A stretch of DNA of 64,000 nucleotides from Octopus sinensis (lineage: Eukaryota). Where the stretch lies: NCBI RefSeq assembly GCF_006345805.1, contig NC_043006.1, forward strand, positions 92,814,001-92,878,000, given 5' to 3'. The position numbers were made by a program, and so were the translations under genes. This document shows, in pieces, positions 24,068 to 37,041 of the stretch (position 1 is its first letter; every line of letters starts with the position of its first letter). Under the pieces are notes generated by a model. The model searched no databases. It saw nothing but the letters and a program-made list of their open reading frames with translations, and was not told the DNA's origin.

Positions 24068-24505
24068 GTAGGAGTGGCTGTGTGGTAAGTAGCTTGCTTA
24101 CGAACCAAATGGTTCCGGGTTCAGTTCCACCGCGTGGCATCTTGGGCAAGTGCCTTCTATGGCCTCGAGCCGACCAAAGACTTGTGAGTGAATTTTGTAG
24201 ACGGAAACTGAAAGAAACCCGTCGTATATATGTGTATATATATATATATGTGTGTGTGTGTGCGTGTTTATGTGTGTGTGCGTGTGTTTATGTTTGTGCG
24301 TTTGTGTTTGTCCCCACCCCAACATCGCTTGACAACCGAAGCTGGTGTGTTTACGTCTCCGTAACTTAGCGGTTCTTCAAAAGAGCGATAAAATAAGTAC
24401 TAGGCTTAGAAAGAATAAATCCTGGGGTCGATTTGCTCGACTAAAGGCAGTGCCCCAGCATGTCCACAGTCAAATAACTGAAACAAGTGAAAGAGTAACA
24501 GAGTA
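24068..24505 (+). mobile_element. Full-length main-family SINE
   Basis: Aligns by eye to 5693-6115 from head to tail. Confidence 0.9.
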
Positions 24506-25309
24506 ACGATAAATCAAATATCGCTCGTAAGAACCTTTCAAAACAACCAAAGGGACAAAAGTTTATTTGAAATAAACAAAGCATTAACTTAATCCACAAA
24601 TAAAAGTGTGAGCGACGCTATGCCTATTCGTTGCGTTGCTTGTTTTGGATTCAGTCTATGATGTTTGTGCATGTAAATGCAACAGCGCCATTCGAGATTC
24701 GATGGTTCAAATCTGGGTCTAGTAAATGATATTATATGGATGATCAATATTTGTAGAGTAAAGTATTTTCCAACCATGAACAGAAAGGTTGAATTTTGTG
24801 AGGCAGCATTTTATAACCTGAGGATATTTATTCGTTATTAGGGACACTCAGTGATGATGAAGTCTTAGCATTTGTAATAATCTATGTGTTCCAGTGTTGA
24901 GCTCTTAGTTTAGAAAATATGTTTTGGTGACATATTTTGTGATACTGTCAATGTACTGGTCAAGGAGACAGTGTCATTATGTGATGTTTCACGAAATTTC
25001 AATTGATGGGCTAATGACGATTTGACGGAAGGTGTACAGATTTTTGATAGATTAATATTTGGAGCGAAAATATAGTGTAGAATGATGAGGATTATCTGCA
25101 TAGATATAGACAGCATTGCAGATGATGGCAGCAGTTCTTCATATGAGCTCAAAAGGTATTTAGAATCACCGAGTATTTTCAAAGTGCCCTGTAGCGTAAT
25201 CGGTGACTACAGTTCTTGTTTTCTGGTTATTGTCAGCACTGTGTATGGCCAAAGGCAAGAAAAGTTCTGACTGTGCAAATAAATACAGTCTTTATTTTTT
25301 TTATATACT

Positions 25310-25530
25310 CAGGCCTATTCCCCATTTTTTTAGGAGGGGGTACTCTCAAAGTGGCGAGCCCCGTTCTATTCTCCGGTCAAGGCATAGAACGCAACCCTCA
25401 ATATCATCAGCGGGGCCCCTGCAACTGGGTGGGGGGACAGGAAGAATGCAGTCGTCGTATTCCCTGTGTAGTGTAAGAGGCGACTAAAAGGGGCAGGAAC
25501 GAAGGGACTGGGAATCCACGCCTAGTAATT
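25310..25530 (+). mobile_element. SINE-like relic with Nin-like motif
   Basis: TTCCCTGTGTAGTGTAAGAGGCGACTAAAAGGGG resembles the conserved invertebrate SINE motif CCTGCNTGTCGTAAGAGGCGACTAA as I recall it; not verified. Confidence 0.4.
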
Positions 25531-25854
25531 TCATATTCCTAAAAGGACAACAAGAAAATGCAGTCTTTATACAAGTTTATCTGAACTAGTCCAAATACTT
25601 ACTCGCAACGATGCTTTCGTGCACCCCAAATATTTCGATTAGGCGAGGCAGACGTTGTGCGCGATCTGCTCATGCTCGGATGATGATTTGTTATAAAAGA
25701 TGTTTCCAAAGGCCTTTCAGGTTTGTCTCTCGTTTAGATAGTTCGATGGCAAAGATAGAAAATCGGAACGTGTTAACGCTGCAGTGAATTGCAATGCATT
25801 GAAAAGAAACAACAAGTGCTATTTAGATGATGAACCATAAGTTCAAAGTGCTTA

Positions 25855-26067
25855 AGTGTTTCAGTTCTATATCTAAGAGATAGAGAATTATGTACATTAT
25901 TTATAATTGACGGATATTTGTCCTCATGTTGTTTGTTGTCAACACAACGTTTCGGCTGATATACCCTCCCGACTTCATCAGGTATCTTGGAGAAATTTCA
26001 AACTTGGGTTCTCATTCCTAAGGTATTTTTCGATGTTATCATTAGCCTACGCTCTTAACCACTATAC
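25855..26067 (-). mobile_element. Head-deleted copy of a tRNA-headed, hammerhead-tailed SINE
   Basis: The reverse complement matches 26127-26420. Hammerhead at 25941-25986 has an intact core but two mismatches in stem II. Confidence 0.75.
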
Positions 26068-26126
26068 TTTAAATAGTTTGATGGCAAAGATGGAAATCAG
26101 AGGTGTTCACGCTGCAGTGAATTGCA

Positions 26127-26192
26127 TATGGCGTAGTGGGTAAGGGCGCAGGTTACTAACCCCAAGATTCCGAGTTCGATTCCAGGCAGTGA

Positions 26193-26251
<59 letters not shown>

Positions 26252-26420
26252 GTAATAATATTAATAATAGTATTGAAAAATACCTTAGGAATGAGAACCC
26301 AGGTTCGAAATTTCCCCAAAATACCTGATGAAGGCTGGAGGGTATATCAGCCAAAACGTTGTGTTAGCAACAAACAAGATGAGGACAAATATCCGTCAAA
26401 TGTAAATAATGTAAATAATG
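26127..26420 (+). mobile_element. tRNA-headed SINE with internal (AAT)n and hammerhead-bearing tail
   Basis: A box TGGCGTAGTGG, B box GAGTTCGATTCC, (AAT)n, then AATAC-CTGATGA-a-GGCTG-gagggtatat-CAGCC-AAAA-C-GTT-GTGTT at 26320-26365 (G12 to A). Confidence 0.8.
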
Positions 26421-28201
26421 TTTAAGTGTTTTTTCAGAATTTTTTGTTTCGGTTCCCCTTGGCCGGAAACATGGATTAAAGACACGAGGATTAAGATTTG
26501 AATAATTTGCAAAAATTAGATAATTTAATGAAAGAGCAACGGTTATTCATTTTTTTCGAAGTTACTGTTTTATGAGCCATGTCGATGTATTACATTTACT
26601 ATTTTAATGGATATATAAGGATGACTATTTAGAACGAATTTATTAGGAAACATCTTTAGAAATACTTTATGAATATTCATCATTTTTTAACGTTGTTTGC
26701 ATTAACCTAGGAGCCAAAACACTAAGATGAAAATTATTACAAAATTGGATGTGGGAAAGCGTTTATCAATAGTTTAAAAGCTTAGAATTTCACACTCAGG
26801 TATTGCAATAGTTATTAGGCCAGAGGTATATCGCTTATTTAAGACTTGTCTCAGGACTGGTGTGTGTTAAGTATGTTAAGAGGATATCGATAACTTAGTG
26901 TATTCGACTGAAGATGAGATAAATATTCAACGGTGTTTCGCAGAAATGTTAAATTATTCACATATACAATACAAATACTGTCAAATTCGAGCCACGAGTG
27001 AACGGTGAGAGAAATATATTTATGAGAATGACGAAAGAGCATGTAACAGGTTTTGAGAGGTGTAAAACTGGAGTTACTTTTAAAATTTTATGAGCGTCGT
27101 ATTCTGGGCGATGTATTGAACGATGTGTCATCTACATAAAGAATATTCTCTAATAATTTTCAGGTTGTGGATTATGGTGCTCACATAGGCCATAAATAAA
27201 AATTGCCGAGAAATAATCATTCCGTTATATATATATATATATGTACGTGTATGTGTAGATGCAGACACATACAAACACACTCATATATGCATTCTGCAGT
27301 TTGTATTTGTAAGTTACACAAGTTTGAAACAGGGAGCGTTGCTTTTTCTTGCCTCTGTTTTATATCATTATTATTATTATTTCTCCGTTATTTTATCTTC
27401 ATGAAAGGCTGCAACAAAAATTGCCTGTCTCATTTTTCCTTTGCCTCGTTTTTTCGACGTACAATTCATTATGCACGATTTTTGTATCCTTACATTTGGT
27501 TGACTCATTTATTCGTTGTTCAATGGTTTGTACTTCTAAATATTTAATTACTGATAGCAGCTTAGAAGGCTAAGACTAAATCCTGATGACATGATGAGCA
27601 AAATTGAAAACATGTTACAACTTCCTTGTATCAGGCAGATTATGTTTGCATTGTAAAACATCTGCTTTCATTCCACATATCATACTGGTACTTGCCACAT
27701 AAATATGCAGGCATTGATTAATTGCAAATGAATTTCACAACTTATAATACACCTCTTCCCGAATTTAATCTCGTAAGGCGAAGCATGCCTCCTGTGCAGA
27801 ATTCTTTAGCAAGTTTCATTGTCTGAAAGTTTCGCAGGTGGGTTATTTCCTTTCTATCCATGAATGCGAATTCCTCTTGTGAAGAACGTAGAAAACTTTG
27901 GTTTAATTTCACTAGATCTCCAGAACAAAATTTGTATCGTCTCCGGGCGAAACCTTGCTTTGAATTTTATTTTCAAGTAGCTTGTCTCAGAAACGACATG
28001 AACCTTTCTAAATTGTATTAAATGCACTGAAGAAACTTCATGTAATAATCGGCGTTGTCTTCCAGTGATTGTCCTGAATACATTCACTGTACGTAATTAA
28101 ATATATCTTCTTTAGTCTATTGCTCCTATTACTGCATATGTGTAAGTATACACACTTCCCGTATATGTCAGTGTTTTATATATATATATATATATTATAT
28201 A

Positions 28202-28239
<38 letters not shown>

Positions 28240-29650
28240 GCATGTAATCTAGGCATCATACAAATATAAATAGTTGATAGAGCATGAAGCAAGAAATATA
28301 AGTTTTTGGGTTTGAACGGTGATGCTTACGGCTTAACGTCTTTGGTCATCAGTTTTCTTCTTTCAAAGCATTGCAATAAACAACAACGGCATTAGCAGCA
28401 ACAGCACCAACATTATGAAGAACACACGCTACAAAATGTCCGCCTGAACATGAGCTTTTATTTATTAATAGATAAATGCAAATATAAGAAGGCAAAGTTG
28501 TCATTATATCAACTTGCTATCTTCCGTGCATGTTTGCTTGACTGTGCTATAAGACATAACGAATACTAAAATAGACACAATGTGCGTGTGTGTGCACCTG
28601 CATGTGTATGTCTACGTGTGTATGAGAGTGTGTGTGTGTGTGTTATTTCTATATTGATTGCAAATATCGAAGCATTCCAAATGCTATGTGACCTAACTCA
28701 ACTAGCAATAAAACACGGTGTCTCGTTTGTAGTTGTTCTGTCTTCATTTAGTTTTGTGTTGCTTGTATTTTATTTGTCACTCGATCATATACAATTTCAA
28801 CTTCTCTTGACTAGTAAATAAATAATCGATAAGGCTTACAGCCATTTAGTTTTTGTTTGACAGTAATTTGTCATTTAATGTGTAATCTTCAACCTAATAG
28901 CTCTATCAACAAAGGAGAAACACTAACAGCATGTTAGTGATAACGGCTGCAGATACACCAAACAGAGTTGACACTCCATGTCTCAGTGATTAGAAGAGCG
29001 ATCGCATTAACAACAATTCCTCTACAGAGAATTGCCTGGAAAGCAACAACGTAGTTAGGAACGTAAAAGTTACTTCACAAAAAGTAAAAAATAAAAAATA
29101 AATAACAGTAATTACAATGTAAATAACAACAGAAACACAAATACATAATATTATTTATTCCTTTCACGTTTACCCAATAACGAAGCACTTTAGGCGGAGT
29201 TAAGTGTCAGAAAAATTAAACTTACCTCATTAACTTAAAAGGGTTGCATCGAATTATTGAATTATTCTAAGTAGAATGTTATTGACGAAACTGAGGAATG
29301 CAATATTAGCGGATGTATGATGTAAATAATACGGTTGTTGTTTAAGGAGCTTCCAGGATGAAGCAGAAAACCGGTGCCGATCTAATGTATAATTTACAAA
29401 TTACAATGTTTATCCTCAAGCTCATTTAAAAGGAAGCTGAATCCGTTGTTAACAGGGGATAACCTAATGCTACACAAACGAACAGACTCTTACACACAGA
29501 CGCGCATAGAAGTGTATGTATAAATATGTGCATATGTGTGTATGTATATATATGTATATATATATACATATACATGCATACATACATATGTATATATATT
29601 ATATATATATATATATACATATACATGCATACATACATATGTATATATAT

Positions 29651-29684
<34 letters not shown>

Positions 29685-30342
29685 ATATATAAGGGCACAT
29701 ATACATGCATACACACACACACATATATATATATATATATTCATTACACACACACACACACATATATATATAATTATATGTATATATAGATAGATGGACA
29801 GTTATGTACCTGCAGAGAGACAGAATATATTGCTCACTCTCTCTCTCTCTCTCTCTCCGTAGTCACATACACACATGTATACATATATATCAATATCTAA
29901 ATATGTGTGTACGTCTGTGTGTTTGTGGGGTGTACGATGCATTGTTAGTTATTCTTCACTGTATCACTATACAAATATCTGTTCCTACGTAAACTCCTAC
30001 TCTCCCTGAAAAGATAGATTTGTAATTATTTGATGTATTAGGGTCCACAATACGCGCGCGCTCACACACACACAAACATTTGTGGTCAAAATGAGTTTTG
30101 CATCGTTTTAGCCTCCGAATAACGCCACCCCACTTGCTAGGCAAACAGGCCAAAATTTCCCGTAAAAGAAAAGCTGACTGGGCCAATGTGAAATGAAGTG
30201 TTTGGCTCATGAACAAATGCGCTGCACGTCCTGGGGATCCAACACACAATCTAGCGATGGCAGCATCCTTGTTGCTAGACCAGGCGCCTTCATACAAACA
30301 TTCACACACACGCACACACACACACACACACATATGCATAAG

Positions 30343-30510
30343 CGCAGGCGTGGCTGTATGGTAAAAAGATTACTTCCCAACTACATGGTACCGGGTTCAG
30401 TCCCACTGTGTGGCATCTTAGGCAAATGTCTTCTGCTATAGCCTTGGGCCGACCAAAGACTTGTGAGTAGATTTGGTAGACAGAAACAAGTAAAAGAATA
30501 AAAGACTATA
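30343..30510 (+). mobile_element. Internally deleted main-family SINE
   Basis: Head and core are joined directly to the AAACAAGTAAAAGA tail. Confidence 0.8.
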
Positions 30511-30594
30511 TAAGTATGTATGTGTATATATATATATATATATTATATATATATATATGTTTGTATGTGTATATATATATATAATGAATATATG

Positions 30595-30656
<62 letters not shown>

Positions 30657-30659
30657 TAT

Positions 30660-31670
30660 GATTGCTTCAAGTCAACTTATTGACTTGAAAAACCTTATCA
30701 ACAGTGTAAATAACCACATCCAATTCACAATGGAATATAGTCAGGACCATCTCCCTTTTCTTGACATTCTAATCATTAAAAAAGGTGTCAACATTGAAAT
30801 TGACATCCATTACAAACCCATTGACTCTAAACAATACCTTCTATTCACCTCCAATCACCCAAAGCACACAAAGACAAATATCCCCTTCAGCCTAGAATCT
30901 GCACAATTGTCTCAAATGACACAACACGAAATAGAAGACTCCGGGAACTAAGGGCAATTCTTCTCGAAAGACATTACCCAGCATCACTAGTGGACAACGG
31001 AATAGAACGGGCCAAATCAATTAACATTCAAGACTTCCGAAAACAAAAACACATCCACAGTACAGTAAATAGCCTCCCCTATCTCTCAACACACAACCCA
31101 AGAAATGCAGAAGCTTACACTATTATATACAACAACATACCACAGCTAAATCAAGACCCACGCCTAAAAAAAGTACTGGCAGCTCATAAAATAATAAAAA
31201 GTAAGAGACAATCTAAATCCCTAAAAAACCTCCTCACCAACGGACAATTACACAACACAAACCCACCGCCCACCGTCAAAAAATGTGGTCGTTCCAACTG
31301 CAGGACTTGCATCCACCTCATTGAGGGATCGACGTACAAGTTCCAGTCAGGACACACGTTTATCATAAAAAAATAATTTCACCTGCGCATCAAAAAATCT
31401 ACTCTATGTCATAAGGTGTGAAGGGTGCCACGAAGACTACATTGGGCAAACGAGCCTTACCCTAGAGAGAAAGGATGACAGTTCACCGCCAACAACTGAG
31501 GGACCCCACCACAAGACAGATACCACTAAGTGGATACTTAGACCTCTGTGCACACAATAAGTCACCCAAAGTCCTAGTTTCCCCACTATACCAATGCCCT
31601 GACAACACTACAGACTAAACACGAATAAGTAGAGAAAATAATCTTATTCAAAAATACAGACAACAACTAA
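30660..31670 (+). mobile_element. Penelope-like element relic: RT C-terminus and GIY-YIG endonuclease
   Basis: IQFTMEYSQDHLPFLDILI..IHYKPIDSKQYLLFTSNHPKH (PLE RT), then KCGRSNCRTC and LLYVIRCEGCHEDYIGQT..RMTVHRQQ (GIY-YIG). Frameshifts present. Confidence 0.92.
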
Positions 31671-32800
31671 ACACACTCTAACATACCCTCCAGGCACACA
31701 TCCAAAACAAACACACAAAGACACACGCACTCGCACCATATATACGCACACACACAAACCCATACTCAATACCAACACACACAAAACACATAAACACACA
31801 CACGCCACCCAGACAAACCCAACACATATGGACACACATGCGAACAAACACATACACACATTAGCACATACACAACACACTAACAAACATTAACTACACA
31901 CATACACACACACACACAAACGGGCACACATATACACACACATTCCTACCAAATCTTAAAAAACACACATCTATTTACACCACAATGGACCCTGGGACCA
32001 ATCAAAAACGGCCCCCACACACAAACACATGTGTATATATATATATGCATACACACAAACTCACACCGTTTTTACCCCCATACAGACACACATATACACA
32101 CACGTGCACACACACACCACCATAACAAATACCAATCATGAAAATTCATACACACACACACAAACACAAACACATGTATATGTATACACACACACACACA
32201 AATACACACACACTTGCACCATATATACGCACGCACACACACAAACACATACTCAATACCAACACACACAAAACGCATATACACACACGCCACATAGATA
32301 CACCCAACAGACATGGACACACATACGAACAAACACATACACACTAATGCACACGCAACACACTAACAAACATTAACCACACGCATACACACACAAACGG
32401 GCACTCATATACACACAACATCCTACCAATTTTTTTAAAAAGCACACATCTATTTACACCACAATGGACCCTGGAACCAATCAAAAAAGCACCCCCCCCA
32501 CACATAAACACATGTATACATATATATACACACACACACACACTCACACCATTCTGACCTCCATACAGACACACATATACACACACATATACACATGCAT
32601 CACCATTCCAAATGCCAATCACACACATACACACACACACACACAACACCAAGACAATCACACACACAGTTGACAAACGGACACACATATACACACAGCA
32701 TCCTACCAAATTTTACAAACACACAGACATATCTATTCACACCACACATGTATATACACACAAACAAAGTCACACACACTCAAACCACTCTGACCTCTAA
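31670..32800 (+). repeat. CA-rich tandem array of about 490-bp units (2 plus partial) downstream of the PLE
   Basis: CATCTATTTACACCACAATGGACCCTGG occurs near 31970 and 32450; other anchors recur at a similar offset. Confidence 0.75.
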
Positions 32801-33532
32801 AACCAATCCCCCAAATCATTGATGCTTGAAGGAGAGACAAAAAAGGAGAAATTCTTTTCAGTTCCACATTACTCCTCCTTCTCCCCACCCAAACACACCT
32901 ACAGTGTCCCTTGAAATAGATAATATTCTTTTACGTTAACATGGTGGACAGGTCAGTTTTAGCTTCCATACTATTATAATGTAAACCTTTTTGTTACATA
33001 ATATTCTGTGCGTGTATACCAATATTCCACCGAACTTTTTAATAATTCCTTCTGGAAATTATCTTGAGAATGTATAATATACTTGTAATCTTTTGTGCCC
33101 AATATTTCAATGAACTTGTTAAACTTTTTTATGTTGTTAACATGCTCTTGTCACCAAAGAATGTATATATATGTATTGTAGTACTCTGTGTCAACCAATA
33201 TTCTGTGCGTGTTTGAATATACAGATACAATACCAATATCCCACTGAACCTTCTAATAATTCCTTCTGGAAACTATTTTTAATATGTTCTTGAGAATATA
33301 TATTTATGTTCTAATCTTTTGTGCCCAATATTTCAAGGAACTTGTTAAACTTTTTTATGTCCTTAACATTTCCTTGTTACCAAAGACTGTATATATGCAA
33401 TGTACCATTTTGTAACAACCAATAATTAACGAAACCAAACTTCTACATGTTACTTTTGACAATCTTTTTCCAAAGAGTGAAACCGGTAAAGTAAATAAAC
33501 ATCTTTTAAAATGCATTTTAAAACCTTCTTAC

Positions 33533-33618
<86 letters not shown>

Positions 33619-33636
33619 ACACACACACATATAATA

Positions 33637-33834
33637 GAGGATCCACTATGTGGACGCTCTTGCGCTAAAAATAGATCCGCAATGGTCTCAACCACCAAGA
33701 ATTGTTCCCAGGGAGAATTAACACAACTATGAACGTAAGCGAGCAGGACAAATGAAAAATAACAAAAATTTAGATTAATTCTAGACAATTGCGGATCTAT
33801 TTTTAGCGCAAGAGCGTCCACATAGTGGATCCTC
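33637..33834. mobile_element. MITE with perfect 47-bp terminal inverted repeats
   Basis: GAGGATCCACTATGTGGACGCTCTTGCGCTAAAAATAGATCCGCAAT and its exact reverse complement. Imperfect pairing extends about 14 bp further out; no clear TSD. Confidence 0.8.
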
Positions 33835-33958
33835 ACTTATATTTGTGTATTAATATTTACTGAATCCCAGATTTTATGCGCTAAACCACTTGGTGTTAAA
33901 TTGATGTTATTAAATTAATGTCCAATTTTTTACCCTTATTTTTGATATATATATATAT

Positions 33959-34049
<91 letters not shown>

Positions 34050-34424
34050 GTATATAATATATATGTATATGTATGTATGTGTGTTTATGTATGTATATAC
34101 ATATAATATTACATTACAAATATTGTAATAATTACTGCAACAATTTTTTTAACATTCGTATTATTATATCTGGTTATAATTGTGAGCCATTTTATGATTC
34201 CCGGGTCTGAGTGTGTTGTTTAATGCAAAACTACCCTAGTTTGTATGTAGATCCTTGGAGTAGACAAAGGTAACTGAATTTACTCTACACAAAGGGTCGC
34301 TTTTATACAAAATTCAGAAATTCAGGAAACAGTGATAATATTTTTCTAATGCATTGCAGTGTGTGTAATTGATATAAACTTTGAAAATACCTGTGAGCAA
34401 GACTTGGTTCGTCAGAAGGATTAA

Positions 34425-34630
34425 TAAATGCAGCGATCTGAAGCAGCCATTGCGTATCGGATGAAATGTTTAGCGGCTTTTCTTTTGGCTCTCTACTCTC
34501 TGAGTTCTAATCTCATTAAGTTAGGTTTAAGTTTAATCTTTTCGTGATCGATAAATAAATTAGCACTCAAGTATTGGAGTCCCTGTAATCCACTAACGCC
34601 CTCTTCCTAAATTTGCTGGTCTTATTCTGA
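34425..34630 (+). mobile_element. Highly diverged Meta-like SINE
   Basis: AAATGTTTAGCGGC..TCTGAGTTCTAATC..GATCGATAAATAAATTAGCAC follows the same order as the 51960 copy. Confidence 0.45.
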
Positions 34631-36599
34631 AATTTGTTTCATTATTGTTAATTATTACAATTGCTACTATAATTTTTTTTATCATTATCATTGTTAATTA
34701 GAATAACAACTGTAACTGAGAAGTAAGTGTTTTTTTAAGCAAAGTAATTAAATGACAATTAACAAAATATATGGTGGGTATGTGACCTTATAAGAAGGAT
34801 TTGCAGCTTCATTCATATTCACAAATTAACAATATCTGAAAATCCGAACGAGGAAGTTAAAACTAATTTATTAATATATTGCAACCGCGAGATTTTAATC
34901 ATTACAGCATCTTACGTTTATCCCACCATATTTCGTATTCATTCGTTCAGTCTATCGACGAATATTTGCTTGCTTACAAGAAACCGAAAATGAAATAAAC
35001 AAATAAACGTATATATCATTTATAATTCATTATTTTGTGTTTTCCGTCCTGTGATTCAATTCCCTATTTCTAAAAGTATTCGATTTTCAGTTTCATTTTC
35101 CTTTGTGAACATATCTGAGTTTACCGTTTTGCCTGGCAGGTGATGTAAACGAAAATTCGTAACTGGTAAAATCGTTGAAGATAACTGACAGGGAAATTAC
35201 AACAGAGTGAATAGTTTTAAGGAATTTTGCTGCAAGGAATGACAAATCTAATTGAAATGACATTATCAGCGATGCCAAGAAGAATACAACGTAAATGCAG
35301 AAGCATTCCACAATTTACTTGTCGGGACAAAACTCACAGCAAAATAATTCATACGCCGCCGCCGCCGCCGCCAATACCACCGACATTGAATAAAATCTTT
35401 TCTAAAGAGGTTGTCACATAACTTCTGTTAAAATTCTTTCGTTATTGTGAAGCTAGAAACATAAATCCAAATGTTGACAGAAGCTCAAATATATCGTTTG
35501 TAAATACCGATGTTATATTTCAAGGCGGTTGATCGCTTTTTAAGGAGAAAGAACCAGCAGCGACGGCATCAATGTTACTTCTAATATTCGGTGGTGAAGA
35601 AAATATAAAGTTCAGTCATGATTTAATCAGTTTCCATTTAATGCCACCTAAACTTACCGAACTAAATACAACGATGCAGTGACTCTTATTTTCTATTTTG
35701 AAGTTTTCTGAATCAATGAATTTTAACCTGTTTCGTTAATAGATGATAATTTATGCACATCATATGATAAAACTTCAGTGGAAATAACAAAAAATGAAGG
35801 ATCTTCATTTGATTATTAAACAAAATATATATTGTTACCAAATTATATCAGTCTTCTAAAATGATACTATAAATAACCAATCATCTCAGGTCATTATATT
35901 GTAATTTTGGGCTGATTTTGATATAAACCGAAAGTTTTGAAATATTAAGTTCTCTGTCGGTTCGACAAGTTAATCGTCTTTTGCGTGTGAGAGATATTGG
36001 ACACCTTCTTAGAACCAGTCGTCACACGCGACTCATTACAAATCATTATATGCTATTTTCACTTCAAGGTGTGTGTATGTGTGTGCACACGCGCCTATTA
36101 TGCGTGTGCATGTGCGTGTGTGTGTTTGTGTGAGGGGAGGGAGATCCCTAATAGAAATAATACTTTGATATTCAATATTATTACGTAAGTAGAAAGCAGC
36201 GGAGGTAGATTGGCAGATTCGTTAAAATCTCAAATATTGAGATATTATTTACAATTCAATACGTTCTGAGTTCATTTCCTTCCAAAATTATCTAATGATT
36301 TAATATTTCTATTGTGTTTTACTAAATTTCCAATTAAGAACTAAATGAAATACTTACTTTTAAACTGTTTTTAACATTTTCTTATTATTATTATCAAAGA
36401 ATGTATGTATGTATTTTAATAATTTTGTGATAACCAGTACTTAACACAACAAATCTCATACAAACCTTTACATTTTACTTTTGACAATCTTTTTCGAAAA
36501 AAAGTGAAACCCGTCAAGTGAATAAATATCTTTAAAATTGCATTTTCAAACCTTCTTTCATATACATTTCCACTCATGCGGTATCTTATAACTTTACTT

Positions 36600-36685
<86 letters not shown>

Positions 36686-37030
36686 CTGCGTGGCATCTTG
36701 GGCAAGTGTCTTCTGCTATAGCCCCGGGCCGACCAATGCCTTGTGAGTGGATTTGGTAGACGGAAACTGAAAGACGCCTGTCGTATATATGTATATATAT
36801 ATATATGTGTTTGTATATGTTTGTGTGTCTATGTTTGTCCCCCTAGCATTGCTTGACAACCGATGCTTGTGTGCTTACGTCCCCGTTACTTAGCGGTTCG
36901 GCAAAAGAGACCGATAGAATAAGTACTGGGCTTACAAAGAATAAGTCCCGGGGTCGATTTGCTCGACTAAAGGCGGTGCTCCAGCATGGCCGCAGTCAAA
37001 TGACTGAAACAAGTAAAAGAGTAAAAGAGT
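36686..37030 (+). mobile_element. 5'-truncated main-family SINE
   Basis: Near-identical to the reverse complement of 5693-6050. Confidence 0.9.
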
Positions 37031-37041
37031 ACATACATATA

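Noticed and set aside
27580-27620. CTGATGA..GAAAACATGTTA
   Set aside because: Stems I and II do not pair.
29426-29793. ORFs rich in YI/HT/CV (also at 32029, 41265, 52522, 60811 and others)
   Set aside because: Translations of TA/CA/TG microsatellites.
35320-35400. (GCC)6 within MQKHSTIYLSGQNSQQNNSYAAAAAANTTDIE*
   Set aside because: The frame is closed by nearby stops and there is no good splice acceptor.
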